A stretch of 51,586 nucleotides of DNA from a virus (Duplodnaviria > Caudoviricetes), in IMG/VR virus record IMGVR_UViG_3300032242_001840, positions 1 to 51,586 of that record; one strand, 5' to 3'. The first letter of the stretch is position 1, and each line of letters begins with the position of its first letter. Positions 35,824-46,134 of this stretch are shown here, piece by piece. The notes beneath the pieces were generated by a model that made no database searches, had not been told where the DNA came from, and worked only from the letters and a program-made list of their open reading frames with translations. Made by a program: the position numbers and the translations under genes.

Positions 35824-36088
35824 CACCTATCCCTATTTTAGCACCCCACTCATTCAGAACCTGTTGCCTGGCTGCACACCCCCCGCAGTCCCCCGTAATT
35901 GCCGCAACACGCTCCTGCGTGATGCCGACGAAGTCTAGGCCGGCCTTCACCATGTCGCCGAGGCCCATGGGGGGCGGCGGCTCGCCGGGGCATCCCCGGT
36001 CGTCGTCGCCGGAGGCGTGGCGGGCCAGCCGCAGGCAGACCGTGCAGCGGGCGTATTTACGGTTCACGGGGACGAGGTTGCATTTCAT
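35798..36088 (-). CDS. Cys-rich tail-region protein
   Basis: GLGD...CGGC..R...LN motif. Confidence 0.75.
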   Translation of the reverse strand: MKCNLVPVNRKYARCTVCLRLARHASGDDDRGCPGEPPPPMGLGDMVKAGLDFVGITQERVAAITGDCGGCAARQQVLNEWGAKIGIGVDPSRLPG

Positions 36089-37614
36089 GTGGGCGTCCAC
36101 CAGATTTGAAGGTTTGTGCAGACGTTGTAATCGCCGGGGTCGCCCAGCGTGATCACGTCGCCGGCCGACACGGTGAACGTGTTCGTGATTGCCCCGGTGT
36201 TGCCGCCGTCGTCGCCGGTTGAGTCGCTGCCGTATTCGATGACTTTGGTTGACCCGCGAAACACGCGCCACCAAAAATCGTAGTAGACGTTGTCGGCTGT
36301 GATGTGAATGACGCCGGCAATGTTTGCCTGTATCGTCGGCCTCTTGTTGAGGTAACCCTCGATGGTAACGCTCGCAACGCTGAACTTCGATTGATCTGTG
36401 CCACTCCCAGCAAAACCGCAGGCAGTCCAATACGAATTCGCCCACACAAACGGCTCTGGGTAGCCGAGTACCGGCTTTGACGAGACGTGACTTCCAGAGT
36501 AGATTCTGCCCGTTGTGCCGACATGATTGAACGCCGCTGGGCCGCCATACAGCCCAGGATATGGCTCCACGTTGTCGCTGTGAACTACGATGAATCCATC
36601 GTTTCTGAGGTCGCAGTCAGCCGAATTCTCGATGATGACAGAACCTGGGTACTGAAATACAGTCATAAGCGGGCTTGGCATTAAGTAGTGCGCCTTGCCG
36701 TTTGACGTGATCATCGGCAGGCCAAGTCCGTTGACTCTCTGCTCGTCCACTTCTCGAACGAGATACCACACAAAGGACGAATTGTAAGGAGTCACGTTAG
36801 ACACTAAATTCACATATGGACTGCCGCCGGTAAAAAGCGCGCAACTAGAACCAGCAAACTCCGAAACGGCCGGCGTGTATCCACCAAGCATGACTATGTA
36901 AAACCGGCTGCTAGCATAGCTTTCTGGAGCGCCCATAGCTCGAAGCGTTTCCGCAGAAAGACTGAAGTAGTTTTCTTCCTTAAAACCTTGGCTGTTTCTT
37001 AGGTTATTTGCGTTGCTGTATATGGCGTCTGGGCTGTAAGAGAAAACGTCGCCAGGCCTGTATCGAACTGCGATGTTTACCGCGTCCTGAACGCGACTTG
37101 CAAGCTCCTGCGGATGTGTCGAGGTAGCTGTTGCCGTATAGTCAAATTCGATTACATAGTTTTTGGGGTCAGGAAGGTGGCATCCAATTGGCTCACATCC
37201 GTTGCAGTTGTTTACAAGGGTGTAGTCGCGGACGCCTTCGTTAAATTCGTAGCCGTACTGCGAATAAGTAAAAAACAGTCTTGGCTCTGACGCACAATCC
37301 GTGCATGTGTAGTCTGGGCCTTTGACAAGCTTTATTCTTACAACTGAAGCATCCCTTGCGCCGCTTGGCTTGAAAGCATAGTTCTGAATGTTTGTTTTTT
37401 CATACAGCACAACACCCGGCGCGTTTCCTGCGCCCAAGATTCTTGAAAGCTCAAGGTAGGAAGAGGTCGCTGGGTTCCAGACGCTCAGTGTGTAGTCGTA
37501 CACCTCGCCATCAATAGATTCCCAGTAAGAACCTGGGCCTGTGTTGCCGCCGCCGTTCTTGACCTGTATGGTGCATCCGCTAGGGCCACAACAAAAGCAC
37601 CCCGGTATAAACAT
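36085..37614 (-). CDS. Tail tip / receptor-binding protein
   Basis: N-terminal GCFCCG; beta-rich; position after tail-tip genes. Confidence 0.7.
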   Translation of the reverse strand: MFIPGCFCCGPSGCTIQVKNGGGNTGPGSYWESIDGEVYDYTLSVWNPATSSYLELSRILGAGNAPGVVLYEKTNIQNYAFKPSGARDASVVRIKLVKGPDYTCTDCASEPRLFFTYSQYGYEFNEGVRDYTLVNNCNGCEPIGCHLPDPKNYVIEFDYTATATSTHPQELASRVQDAVNIAVRYRPGDVFSYSPDAIYSNANNLRNSQGFKEENYFSLSAETLRAMGAPESYASSRFYIVMLGGYTPAVSEFAGSSCALFTGGSPYVNLVSNVTPYNSSFVWYLVREVDEQRVNGLGLPMITSNGKAHYLMPSPLMTVFQYPGSVIIENSADCDLRNDGFIVVHSDNVEPYPGLYGGPAAFNHVGTTGRIYSGSHVSSKPVLGYPEPFVWANSYWTACGFAGSGTDQSKFSVASVTIEGYLNKRPTIQANIAGVIHITADNVYYDFWWRVFRGSTKVIEYGSDSTGDDGGNTGAITNTFTVSAGDVITLGDPGDYNVCTNLQIWWTPT

Positions 37615-37624
37615 CCCGCCCCTC

Positions 37625-37969
37625 CTATCCGCACTGGGCCGCGATGAGATACCAAGCGGTGCCGTCTTTCGCGATGCCGCAGTTCCGCGACGAGCTTGCC
37701 GTCCCGATCGACGCAAACAAATTGGTCGCCGATACCGTCGTGACCGACGTTGACCCAGACACCGGCAGCGTCACGGTGTTGGTGCCGTTGAGCGACCACG
37801 CCCCCGTGAACGTGCCGATGCGGAAAATTTTCTGCTGCGGGTACTGGACTTCCTCGAACCGCGTTTGGATGCGGGTGGGGGTCAGGGCCAGTTCGCTACC
37901 GTCAACAGCGGCGACCGTGCGGCGGATGTCGGCCAAGAGGTTTGGGCCTATGAGGTAGCCTTCGGCCAT
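37625..37969 (-). CDS. Minor tail protein
   Basis: Position; ends WYLIAAQCG. Confidence 0.7.
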   Translation of the reverse strand: MAEGYLIGPNLLADIRRTVAAVDGSELALTPTRIQTRFEEVQYPQQKIFRIGTFTGAWSLNGTNTVTLPVSGSTSVTTVSATNLFASIGTASSSRNCGIAKDGTAWYLIAAQCG

Positions 37970-39129
37970 TATGTCAGCCTCAAGTTCAGCACTTTGACCA
38001 TATCGAACTCATACTGCGTCTGCTGGATCGTCAGCAGCGGCTGAAGCTTGTAGCCGTTTGATTGAGTTTTCCACAAGTTGCGAGGAGTGCCGTCAGCATT
38101 CAGCGCAACCGGAGATGACGACGGCCGCTGAAGCAACCCGCCGCTTTGGTATTCGGGGACGGTCACCATTGCCCGCGTGACTGTGTTCTGCACGTTCGTG
38201 GCGTATGATGTGGCTCCAGCGGTGAAGAGTATCTGCCCGTCCATGTGCTTTAGCGCAAGTGCTTTCCAATCAACGTCGGCGTCATCCTTGCGGTTGTTCA
38301 GGACATTGAAACCTTCCACGACTTGAAGGCGATCCCAGCCGATAACCGTCTGAGCGTATGGGATCGGGTCATTTGGGTCGGCCGAAGCGGTTGGCGGGCT
38401 GCCGTCTGGGTTCGGAAGCACAACCAAATTCGGATCGTAAAGAAGTTCGTATGTCGCCAGCCAGCCACGGAACGTCTGCGACCCGAACGTCTCAACATGA
38501 GGCTTGTAGGTAACCCCACGAAACATGAGCGTGTGAACTGGGAAATCGTAAGTGGTTCGCGTCGTCAGCCTTACGATCTTGCTGTTGATCCATCCGCCAT
38601 ATTTATTAAACTTGATTGGATCGTTTGGTTCGTACTGCTCAATGTGGAATGAGGTGACTGGCCGCAGGATCGTGACGCCGTCATAAAGGTCGCCGTTGGG
38701 ATTGGCGGGCCGCTTCCACAGGTCTGGGTTTGCTGGCGGATAAGTCCTCCAGATGTTTGCCGGCCGCTCCATGAGCGACATTGAAGTCGTCCAGTTCGCA
38801 ACGCGAATCTCTGGCGAGTCCTGCTTCGGATCGTGATCCTTCATCTGATCCGAGGCAAACTGACTGGCAAAGTTCTTGTATTTGAACGTGACAATGTTGA
38901 CTAGGCGACTGTCGCCATCGAACTTGCAATCGAATTCGTAGCAAGTCAAAAACTTGTTGTCTGGATGTGCGTCTCCGATTTTCACGCCGCAGAAGATTTG
39001 CGGGTCATACTTCTCGCTGGGGTATGACATCAGCACCTTGAACACTCGTTCTCGAGTGTCATGCTGGCCGTCAACCTCGGCGCTGCGGGTGAACGTCTGC
39101 GCCTGCCCAAGTTCTACGGATTGAATCAT
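37969..39129 (-). CDS. Distal tail/hub-like protein
   Basis: Position downstream of tape measure. Confidence 0.65.
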   Translation of the reverse strand: MIQSVELGQAQTFTRSAEVDGQHDTRERVFKVLMSYPSEKYDPQIFCGVKIGDAHPDNKFLTCYEFDCKFDGDSRLVNIVTFKYKNFASQFASDQMKDHDPKQDSPEIRVANWTTSMSLMERPANIWRTYPPANPDLWKRPANPNGDLYDGVTILRPVTSFHIEQYEPNDPIKFNKYGGWINSKIVRLTTRTTYDFPVHTLMFRGVTYKPHVETFGSQTFRGWLATYELLYDPNLVVLPNPDGSPPTASADPNDPIPYAQTVIGWDRLQVVEGFNVLNNRKDDADVDWKALALKHMDGQILFTAGATSYATNVQNTVTRAMVTVPEYQSGGLLQRPSSSPVALNADGTPRNLWKTQSNGYKLQPLLTIQQTQYEFDMVKVLNLRLT

Positions 39130-39131
39130 GG

Positions 39132-39500
39132 TCAGCCTTCTGTGATGTCAATGCGGAGACGTGTGCCGGAGGTGCCGGTGGCCTGGTACGTCGATCCGGC
39201 GACAAGCCTGAGAACCGCCGGCTCGCCGGCCCGCAGGTTGGCGAACGGGACGAACGTACCGCCACTCAAAACCCCAATGGCCGCGGTTGCCGCAGTGCTG
39301 GTCGAAAGGTTCTGGATGAACGCCACGCCGACGTTGGTCAAGTTGGCGGTGCTGATGCCAACGGCCGTTCCTGACAGCGAGAGCGTGTTGCTCTGAAAAC
39401 CAGAGTTCGCCATTGACGCGGTCGCGCCGGATACGCTGGCGCTGTTGGTCAGGTTGTCCTTGCTGAGAGAATAAGCGCAACTGATATTCAAGTCTGCCAT
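39132..39500 (-). CDS. Minor structural protein
   Basis: Beta-rich; directly after tape measure. Confidence 0.65.
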   Translation of the reverse strand: MADLNISCAYSLSKDNLTNSASVSGATASMANSGFQSNTLSLSGTAVGISTANLTNVGVAFIQNLSTSTAATAAIGVLSGGTFVPFANLRAGEPAVLRLVAGSTYQATGTSGTRLRIDITEG

Positions 39501-39508
39501 GATTTTCC

Positions 39509-42500
39509 TTAGTTGACGATGATGCCGGTGGCGTCTCTGATGCCATCTCTGATCTCGGCCAGCAGTTCCGACTGGTGTTTCATTTCAGCGAAATTCACAT
39601 CCTTGCTGGCGTCATCGCCGCGGAGCAGGCGGTTGAGTTCGCTTGAGCCGCCCGCTGAAGTTACGTCTGTGGCATTGAGCGCCGCCCGAGAAGGCCCGCC
39701 TGTCAGGGCGTTCTGTCTTTCGTCTTCGTATCCCTTAAGCGCTGTCTGCACTTCTTTCTTTTTGTTGTCAAAATACCCTTGCAGAAACTTCTGAGGGTTT
39801 GCCATTTCTGCTGCGGCTGCCCCTACAAGCTCGGCGTCTGTGGTAGCCGACTTAACTCGTCGCTCCTTTTCAGACCTTGCAAGGTCAAGGCCCGCCTTCG
39901 CTCGTTCGCGTTCGCGCTGCACTCCTTCTTGGCGGCTTTTGGCTTCGTCGGCTCGCGACTGTGCGTCCTCAAACGACTTTGCTGCTTTCCTCGCCTCTTC
40001 ATTGGCGTCAAAGCTGTTGACGGCCCCGCTGCTGATCGCTTGCATTTTTTCTTCGCGGGCGGCCTTTACAGCAGCCCTTGCAAGCTCAACCTGCTTCTTG
40101 GCGTCTTCTACTTTCTGTTCGTCTTTCGTCAAACCCGGCGGGTTAAATGGATTGTTTTCATCCCTGGGGTTTAACCGAAGATGCGCCTCTTTAGCGGCCA
40201 AGTCTTCCTCGGCGGTCTTTTGCGCTTTGATGGCATCTTGAACTCTTTGGCCTGCCTCTCTGGCGTTTTTGTCAGCCAATGCGTTCACTGCGGAAGCGTT
40301 CTTGGCGGCATCGTTATATGCCCGCCGCGCAGCAATCTCGTCGCGTGCGGCAACGTCTACGGCAAGAGATGATCCTTCCCCAGCCATCCCTCGCTGCCTA
40401 CGGAGCGCAGCAGATCGGTCGGCGAAGCTTGCGGAATCACGAACTGCGTTGTCGTACTGGCGCTGCGCTCTCTCTGTCGCTTCGGCTTTTTTTGCTGGGT
40501 TGCTCTCCATGGCAGCATCGTGCATCGCCATCATCGCGTTTGACAAAGCCCGCCCGGCCGCATCAAGCTCTACCTGGAAAGCAGCCGCACCCTTCACGCC
40601 GCGCCCGATCGCATCGGCAACGTCTGATTGCGCTGCGTCGATTTTGTCGCTGGCCGAAAGAGATGCGGTGACTATGTTTTCTGCGAGTTTGTCGCTTGCC
40701 GCCGAGACAGAATCCTCAAATTTCTTGATAATGGCGTCTACTGCCGCCACATCTTTTTCGCCCTGTATCCTTTGCAGGCGAGCCTTGTTTCCAAAATCAA
40801 AGCCAGTGGCGTCCCTGAAGCTGGCTTGAAATGAGTTCGTCAGTTCATTTGTCCGTTGCGCCCTGAATGCACGAAGTGCGTCAATCTTTGATTCGTCAAC
40901 AAGAGGTACGCTTGATGATGCGGCGTTTCTGGCCGATCGCTCCCTCCCCCTGGAGGACTCAAGTGCCATTTGGATACTGACGGCTTGGCCTGCGGTGGTG
41001 GCATTCTTGAGCTTTCGCTCCAGGGATGCTTGCAACGCTGACTCGCTGAGGACGCCTTCCGCCAAATCGCCAGACCGGCGGTTGCTGTTTGACCTGCGCA
41101 GGTCATCAATCTTGCCGATCATGTCGGCCCTAGCAATCCCCTTGCTGGCGTTCTCCGACTTCGACATTTCTTTCGCCAGATCGGCGTAGGCTGCTGACAG
41201 CTTTCCGACTCCATCCTTCTGCTTGTCAAGGGCGTCATTGAGAGCCTTTGACTTGTCTTCAGCGGTCTTGCCACCCTCTGCAAATTTCATGTACGCGATC
41301 ACGACATGAGACGTTATTACAGAGGCGAGAGCAAGATACAGCCCTGTGTTTCCGCCAGCAACAAACCCAAGCTGAGTTAAGTTATTTGAGATAGCCCGAA
41401 TCTTCTGCTCAATGCCGCCAGTTGCGGACATCCAGTCATCGACAGCGTAGGCAGCTTGATTCATTGCAAGCGCAAACTTGTCTGCGCCGCCGCGACCAAC
41501 GTCTCCAAAGTTTTTCTTCAACCCCACCAAAAACGATTTTGCTTGGCCGTTGTTGAGAAGTTTTTCGGCCACCGCAGCCTTGGCTATGGAGACGGTGAGC
41601 GACTCCATTTGATCGCGGGTCTGCTTCGTGCCGAGAACGCCTGTTTGCGAAGCGTCATGAAGGGCTTTTTCGTAGTTGTCTATAGCTTTTGCTGTTGGGC
41701 CACCAACAACTGCCCCCAGAGACATGAATCTCTGTTGAATGGAATCCAGTTGCGACTTGTATGCCTTGGGTGCTGCTTCATCCAAGAACTCTCCGAATGT
41801 TCCAGAAAAATCTTGAGATGTCTTGTGGTTTCCGACAGTTTTCTTTAAGGCATCAGCCGAAACTCTTGCGGCTTCTCTTTCAGAAAGAGTCGAAGCTGCC
41901 GTCAGCGCCACTACCTTGTCTTTGACGGCGTCGATTGCTGGGCCAAGAACTCTTTGAATTGGTATTGGGAGCTTTTCGATAACCGCAAGGGTTTGTTTTA
42001 CATCGGCCTCAAGGCTGGCGATCTGCTGGTCTGCCGAACCGATTTCAGAACCGAATACTCCAGCCGCCGTCCTTTGGTTTGCAAACGTGGCAATCCTGCC
42101 TGCCCTGCGTGTCAGCTTGGCTATGTCTGCGTCTTTCGATGCCGGGCTTCCACTCGCAGCAGCCAAGGCAACAGAGTCACTTTTCAGCTTGTTAAGAAAT
42201 CTCTCAGCCTGCGACTTCTTTGTGGCGTCCTTCATTTTTGCAACGTCTGCCGTGGCCTTCTGCACGGCGGCGTCAAAAGCGTCGATAGGCGCTGCGGGCG
42301 TCCCGATGGAGTCGGTTATCTTGGCAAGTTGTTTGTTGAACGCAGTTGCTTTTGCAGTCCGGTCGTCTAAGTCTTTGTTGTCTTGCTCAAACTTGGTTAC
42401 GCTTGCGCCAGCATAAGCCAACCCAGCGTTCGCTGAAGATATCTGACCAGCAGACATCGCACCATTTGGCCCCTCTGGGAATGCAATGCTGTGTCCCACA

Positions 42501-44206
42501 TCGGCTAAGTCGCTGCCGTGCCTGGCTTGAAGCTGCATCCTTTGCACGTCGGTGAGCTTTTCGATTCGCGAAATGAGCGTCCCGTAAGAGGAACTGACTT
42601 GATCGACGTTCTGGGCTTGCCCAGTGAATGCTCTATTGAGTGCATCTGCGTTTTTCTGGGCGGCCGACGCTGCGCTTTCCAGTTCCTTCTTGAGCCTGCT
42701 GGCGTCGTCTGCCGTGTCTTTCATTGCAGCGTCGGCAGCAATCTGATCGGCGACAACCTGCTTCATCTTGTCAAGGTGATCGTTGATGTCGGGCAACTGG
42801 TCTTTGTTGCCGCTGGAAATCATCGCTCGAGCTTGGTTGTCAAGGTCTTCCAGTTTTGCTGACGCAAAGGCCCGGCTTGCGGGGGCCATGCTGCCGACCT
42901 GCGAAAGAATCTGTTGCCGTTGCTGCGATGCCTGCTTGATGCTTTGGGCTTGGCCCGTAAAAGCAAACCTTGCGTCTTGCCCCATTTCGGAGTAGGTGCT
43001 GATGATCTTTTCAAGACTCTGCTGAAGTCGCTCCGTTTCGGCGGCTGCCTCCTTGGCACCGACATCCATCTTGTGCATGCCGTCAATCTGATCACTTATC
43101 TCTTTAATCAGCTTGAGCGCTTTGGGAAGCTGCGACTTTTTCTCTGAGGTAACCGCACCTGCAAGGCTGTCAACGGCATGGCCGCCAGACGTTCCTGCCG
43201 CGAATGCTTTCTTCTGCTCGTCAGACAGCCGGCTGATGGACGCTACGATCTGGTCATACTTTGCTTTTGCTTGGTCAAGGTTCTGTGGCAGTCCGCTCAA
43301 CGCGAATGCGGCAGAGGATCGAAGCTCTTCAAAGGCGGCAGTCGTCCGCTTGATCGTGGCAGCCTGCGTGTCAAGCTTGTCGTAGGCGGCGATCTGTCGG
43401 TTGATCTCCTCCGTTACATCCCGAAGCGAGGCCACCCGTGCATTCAACGCGCCCTGTGCTTCCGCAGAAGGGCTGGCTTGAAGGGCAGCGTTGTACTGGG
43501 CCACAGCATCTGCCGCGGCCTTCTGCTCTTGAACAAGCGCGACCAGTGACGGGGTCATCTGGTGTGCTGGCAGTGCGTTTACCTTTGCGTCCGCAGCGGA
43601 CGCACGACTCAACTCGTCATGTGCGCCTGGCTGCGAGAACCGAAAACCCTTCCCAGACGACAGCTTGCTGGCCATCTGTGCCGCTTCGCCGAGATTCTTG
43701 TATGCATCAGCCAGCCGCTCGACTTGCCTTTCTCCCTCAAGAATTTCGCCCTGCGTTACGGTTTGTCCTACCGTTTCAAGTTTGTCGCGAAGTCTCTCAG
43801 CTTCGGCCTGCGCCTTGATCAAGGCTGGGGCGAAAGCCTCGCGCATGGAGACAGACATTGCCTCCGTCTGCTTTGCAATCTGGGCGATCGGTGCCGTCAT
43901 AGAGAAGGCAACCGACTCCATCTTTCGCATGCTGTCGGCTGCTTCTTCCAGCGTCTTGCCTGGGAAGTTCTTCAGCCCAGCGAAGTCCAATTTTCCAGAT
44001 GTCGCCGCCCGCAGCATGCGCTCGAATCGCTGCGCCTTCGTGTACATCTGATCGAACGATGCGCCAGTCTGCCCGCTTGAGGCCGCCAGCGACCGAACAA
44101 CCTTGTTCGAGAACTTCGTGACTTCGTTAGCGCACCGATTCAACTTCGACTCAAAGTCGCCCGTGCTGACGCCAACGACCGCAGAGATTTTGCCGAGGTA
44201 TCCCAT
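39509..44206 (-). CDS. Tape measure protein
   Basis: 1565 aa, Ala-rich helical; follows tail assembly chaperones. Confidence 0.92.
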   Translation of the reverse strand: MGYLGKISAVVGVSTGDFESKLNRCANEVTKFSNKVVRSLAASSGQTGASFDQMYTKAQRFERMLRAATSGKLDFAGLKNFPGKTLEEAADSMRKMESVAFSMTAPIAQIAKQTEAMSVSMREAFAPALIKAQAEAERLRDKLETVGQTVTQGEILEGERQVERLADAYKNLGEAAQMASKLSSGKGFRFSQPGAHDELSRASAADAKVNALPAHQMTPSLVALVQEQKAAADAVAQYNAALQASPSAEAQGALNARVASLRDVTEEINRQIAAYDKLDTQAATIKRTTAAFEELRSSAAFALSGLPQNLDQAKAKYDQIVASISRLSDEQKKAFAAGTSGGHAVDSLAGAVTSEKKSQLPKALKLIKEISDQIDGMHKMDVGAKEAAAETERLQQSLEKIISTYSEMGQDARFAFTGQAQSIKQASQQRQQILSQVGSMAPASRAFASAKLEDLDNQARAMISSGNKDQLPDINDHLDKMKQVVADQIAADAAMKDTADDASRLKKELESAASAAQKNADALNRAFTGQAQNVDQVSSSYGTLISRIEKLTDVQRMQLQARHGSDLADVGHSIAFPEGPNGAMSAGQISSANAGLAYAGASVTKFEQDNKDLDDRTAKATAFNKQLAKITDSIGTPAAPIDAFDAAVQKATADVAKMKDATKKSQAERFLNKLKSDSVALAAASGSPASKDADIAKLTRRAGRIATFANQRTAAGVFGSEIGSADQQIASLEADVKQTLAVIEKLPIPIQRVLGPAIDAVKDKVVALTAASTLSEREAARVSADALKKTVGNHKTSQDFSGTFGEFLDEAAPKAYKSQLDSIQQRFMSLGAVVGGPTAKAIDNYEKALHDASQTGVLGTKQTRDQMESLTVSIAKAAVAEKLLNNGQAKSFLVGLKKNFGDVGRGGADKFALAMNQAAYAVDDWMSATGGIEQKIRAISNNLTQLGFVAGGNTGLYLALASVITSHVVIAYMKFAEGGKTAEDKSKALNDALDKQKDGVGKLSAAYADLAKEMSKSENASKGIARADMIGKIDDLRRSNSNRRSGDLAEGVLSESALQASLERKLKNATTAGQAVSIQMALESSRGRERSARNAASSSVPLVDESKIDALRAFRAQRTNELTNSFQASFRDATGFDFGNKARLQRIQGEKDVAAVDAIIKKFEDSVSAASDKLAENIVTASLSASDKIDAAQSDVADAIGRGVKGAAAFQVELDAAGRALSNAMMAMHDAAMESNPAKKAEATERAQRQYDNAVRDSASFADRSAALRRQRGMAGEGSSLAVDVAARDEIAARRAYNDAAKNASAVNALADKNAREAGQRVQDAIKAQKTAEEDLAAKEAHLRLNPRDENNPFNPPGLTKDEQKVEDAKKQVELARAAVKAAREEKMQAISSGAVNSFDANEEARKAAKSFEDAQSRADEAKSRQEGVQRERERAKAGLDLARSEKERRVKSATTDAELVGAAAAEMANPQKFLQGYFDNKKKEVQTALKGYEDERQNALTGGPSRAALNATDVTSAGGSSELNRLLRGDDASKDVNFAEMKHQSELLAEIRDGIRDATGIIVN

Positions 44207-44210
44207 GGTG

Positions 44211-44851
44211 TCACCCTGTGAGCTTTCTTAGCTCGGCAATGATCTGTTCCTGCGTCTGCTCCGGCCGGTGGCTGGAGGGAATGAATGCTGACTCGTCGGG
44301 GATGTCGTTCTTCTTGTAGTTGCCGCTGGCACACATCACGATGCGAGCCAGGCGGGCCGTCTGCTGCCAAGGATCGGGGAGCGGCCACCTTTGGTCGAAG
44401 GCATACCACTCCGCGATCTCTTGGCTGTCGATTTCTTCCAGCAACTGCTTGACCGTCTTGCCGAGGGCCAGAGCTAGGCGGAAATAGAACCGTCGCTCGG
44501 GGCGCTCGGCGAATCTTTTCCCATGGCGTCAACGTCCTCCGGCCGGAAGTAGTTGAGCGCCCACGCAGCATCAAACAGCCGGTTCAGCACGACGCTGTTC
44601 TTGTCGCCGAGGGCGGCGATGTCAGCGTCGGAGGTGAACAGCCGCTTGCCAATGTCGTCGCACAGCGTCAGGGCTAGGAACCTTGACCGAATCGGCTTGT
44701 CCTTCTCCTTCTGGAGGCTCTCTTCAAACACGTCTCGGTCGGTGCCGCGGAGGACGCGGACGTAAACGTCGCCGTTCCACTCGGGGACGTTGACAAGCTC
44801 CAGCTTGGCGTCATTGGCGGCGAGAATGGCTTTTGCATCAAGAACTGGCAT
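44211..44851 (-). CDS. Tail assembly chaperone GT (-1 frameshift product)
   Basis: Slippery G GGA AAA at 44516-44522 leads into RFYFRLALALGKTVKQLL. Confidence 0.8.
44474..44851 (-). CDS. Tail assembly chaperone G
   Basis: VPEWNGDVYVR...LCD..G.RLF. Confidence 0.88.
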   Translation of the reverse strand: MPVLDAKAILAANDAKLELVNVPEWNGDVYVRVLRGTDRDVFEESLQKEKDKPIRSRFLALTLCDDIGKRLFTSDADIAALGDKNSVVLNRLFDAAWALNYFRPEDVDAMGKDSPSAPSDGSISA

Positions 44852-44878
44852 TTGGCACCTGCGTAGGGACTGTAGAAA

Positions 44879-45328
44879 TCAAGACAAAAGGTATGGGTTG
44901 TAGTCCGACACTCGGAACTTCATAGACCCTCGCACAAGCTCTGCCGTGCGCACATCAAGAGAAACAGACTCAAGGACGACATGCCTAGCAACCGTGTAAT
45001 TGGCATAGCATGTGAACCTCAGAACGCCGTAACTTCCAGTCAGCGTCTGCATGTCAATGCCGGTAGCGTCGGCAATAAAATCAACGCTTACTGAGCCACC
45101 TGAATGCGCTCCAGTAGGCACGATTACCGTTGCGTCAGATGTGTCAGTGATTGAGGTCATGTCAGTAACCTCCGCGACCGGAGATTCAACTGACATCCCT
45201 GTAATTTTGGCGTAGATAGTGAAGTCAACTGGGCGATCTTGAAAATTCTGGTTGACAGTTCGAGGCGCAACCGTCCCGAAATGCCCGTAATAGACAAACG
45301 TCGCACCCTGTGGACTAAATCCCGCCAT
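44879..45328 (-). CDS. Tail-tube-like protein 2
   Basis: Similar to upstream gene (QG.TF, VSVD, LVRGS..FRV). Confidence 0.65.
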   Translation of the reverse strand: MAGFSPQGATFVYYGHFGTVAPRTVNQNFQDRPVDFTIYAKITGMSVESPVAEVTDMTSITDTSDATVIVPTGAHSGGSVSVDFIADATGIDMQTLTGSYGVLRFTCYANYTVARHVVLESVSLDVRTAELVRGSMKFRVSDYNPYLLS

Positions 45329-45337
45329 GCATCACCT

Positions 45338-45679
45338 TTACGCAACGCGGAAGGTGAGGCTGCCCTTGACGAGGTCTCCGATCGATCCACCGACGCTGCT
45401 GGAAACGATCGTGGCGTTGCCGCTGAAGGACAGCGGGCCGGTGATGGCAAGCGCGCCCGATGTACCGGCAGTCTGAAGGGACTGAGTGATGACATCGACC
45501 GATACTTCCCGCATCGTCGCGAATCCACCAACGTACTCACGCCGGCCGTTGGGGGCGATCCCCAGATGGCTGCCGTCGATGAGGTCTTGGCTGTCGCTGA
45601 CATTGACGCTGGTGATGATGAGGGTGGTTGCGGTCGTCGGGAACGTGAATGTCAGTCCCTGTGCGGAAATGCCTGCCAT
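45338..45679 (-). CDS. Major tail tube protein
   Basis: Position after tail terminator; strong RBS; ID.SHLG. Confidence 0.7.
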   Translation of the reverse strand: MAGISAQGLTFTFPTTATTLIITSVNVSDSQDLIDGSHLGIAPNGRREYVGGFATMREVSVDVITQSLQTAGTSGALAITGPLSFSGNATIVSSSVGGSIGDLVKGSLTFRVA

Positions 45680-45705
45680 CGTTGCGCCTCCTTGCGCTGG
45701 GTGTG

Positions 45706-46134
45706 TTACCCGGTAGCCTCTTGCCACCGAATCTGGTAAAGCTGCCTTACTTCATATGCTGGTGGAAGCTGCGATCCGTACATGGTGGGGTCAAGGAAAT
45801 CGTCCACCTCGGACACCAGCCTCATATCTTGTATTGTAACCCCTGCCAGCGTCCCAGTGTGACCATCCAGAGCGAGGCGAACTTCGTCGCCAAGTTCCCT
45901 CACTGTGTCATATGTCAACGCCCAAGCAGCGATCTGGAGGCTCACCAGCGGCATAAAGTTTGGCCCAGCCAGATTTGATTCTCGGCTGATATTCGCCCGC
46001 TTGTAGACGATGTACGGCAAGGCGGCATCTGTCCGCGGAACGGCGATCGGGTACACCTGAAAACCGACGATCCTTGCCACCGCAGGAGTGGTGACAAGGC
46101 GCATGTAGACGTGTTTTTCGGGGGTGAGGATCAT
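45706..46134 (-). CDS. Tail terminator (DUF3168-like)
   Basis: VYP...PYIVY.R...VR.ALDG. Confidence 0.85.
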   Translation of the reverse strand: MILTPEKHVYMRLVTTPAVARIVGFQVYPIAVPRTDAALPYIVYKRANISRESNLAGPNFMPLVSLQIAAWALTYDTVRELGDEVRLALDGHTGTLAGVTIQDMRLVSEVDDFLDPTMYGSQLPPAYEVRQLYQIRWQEATG

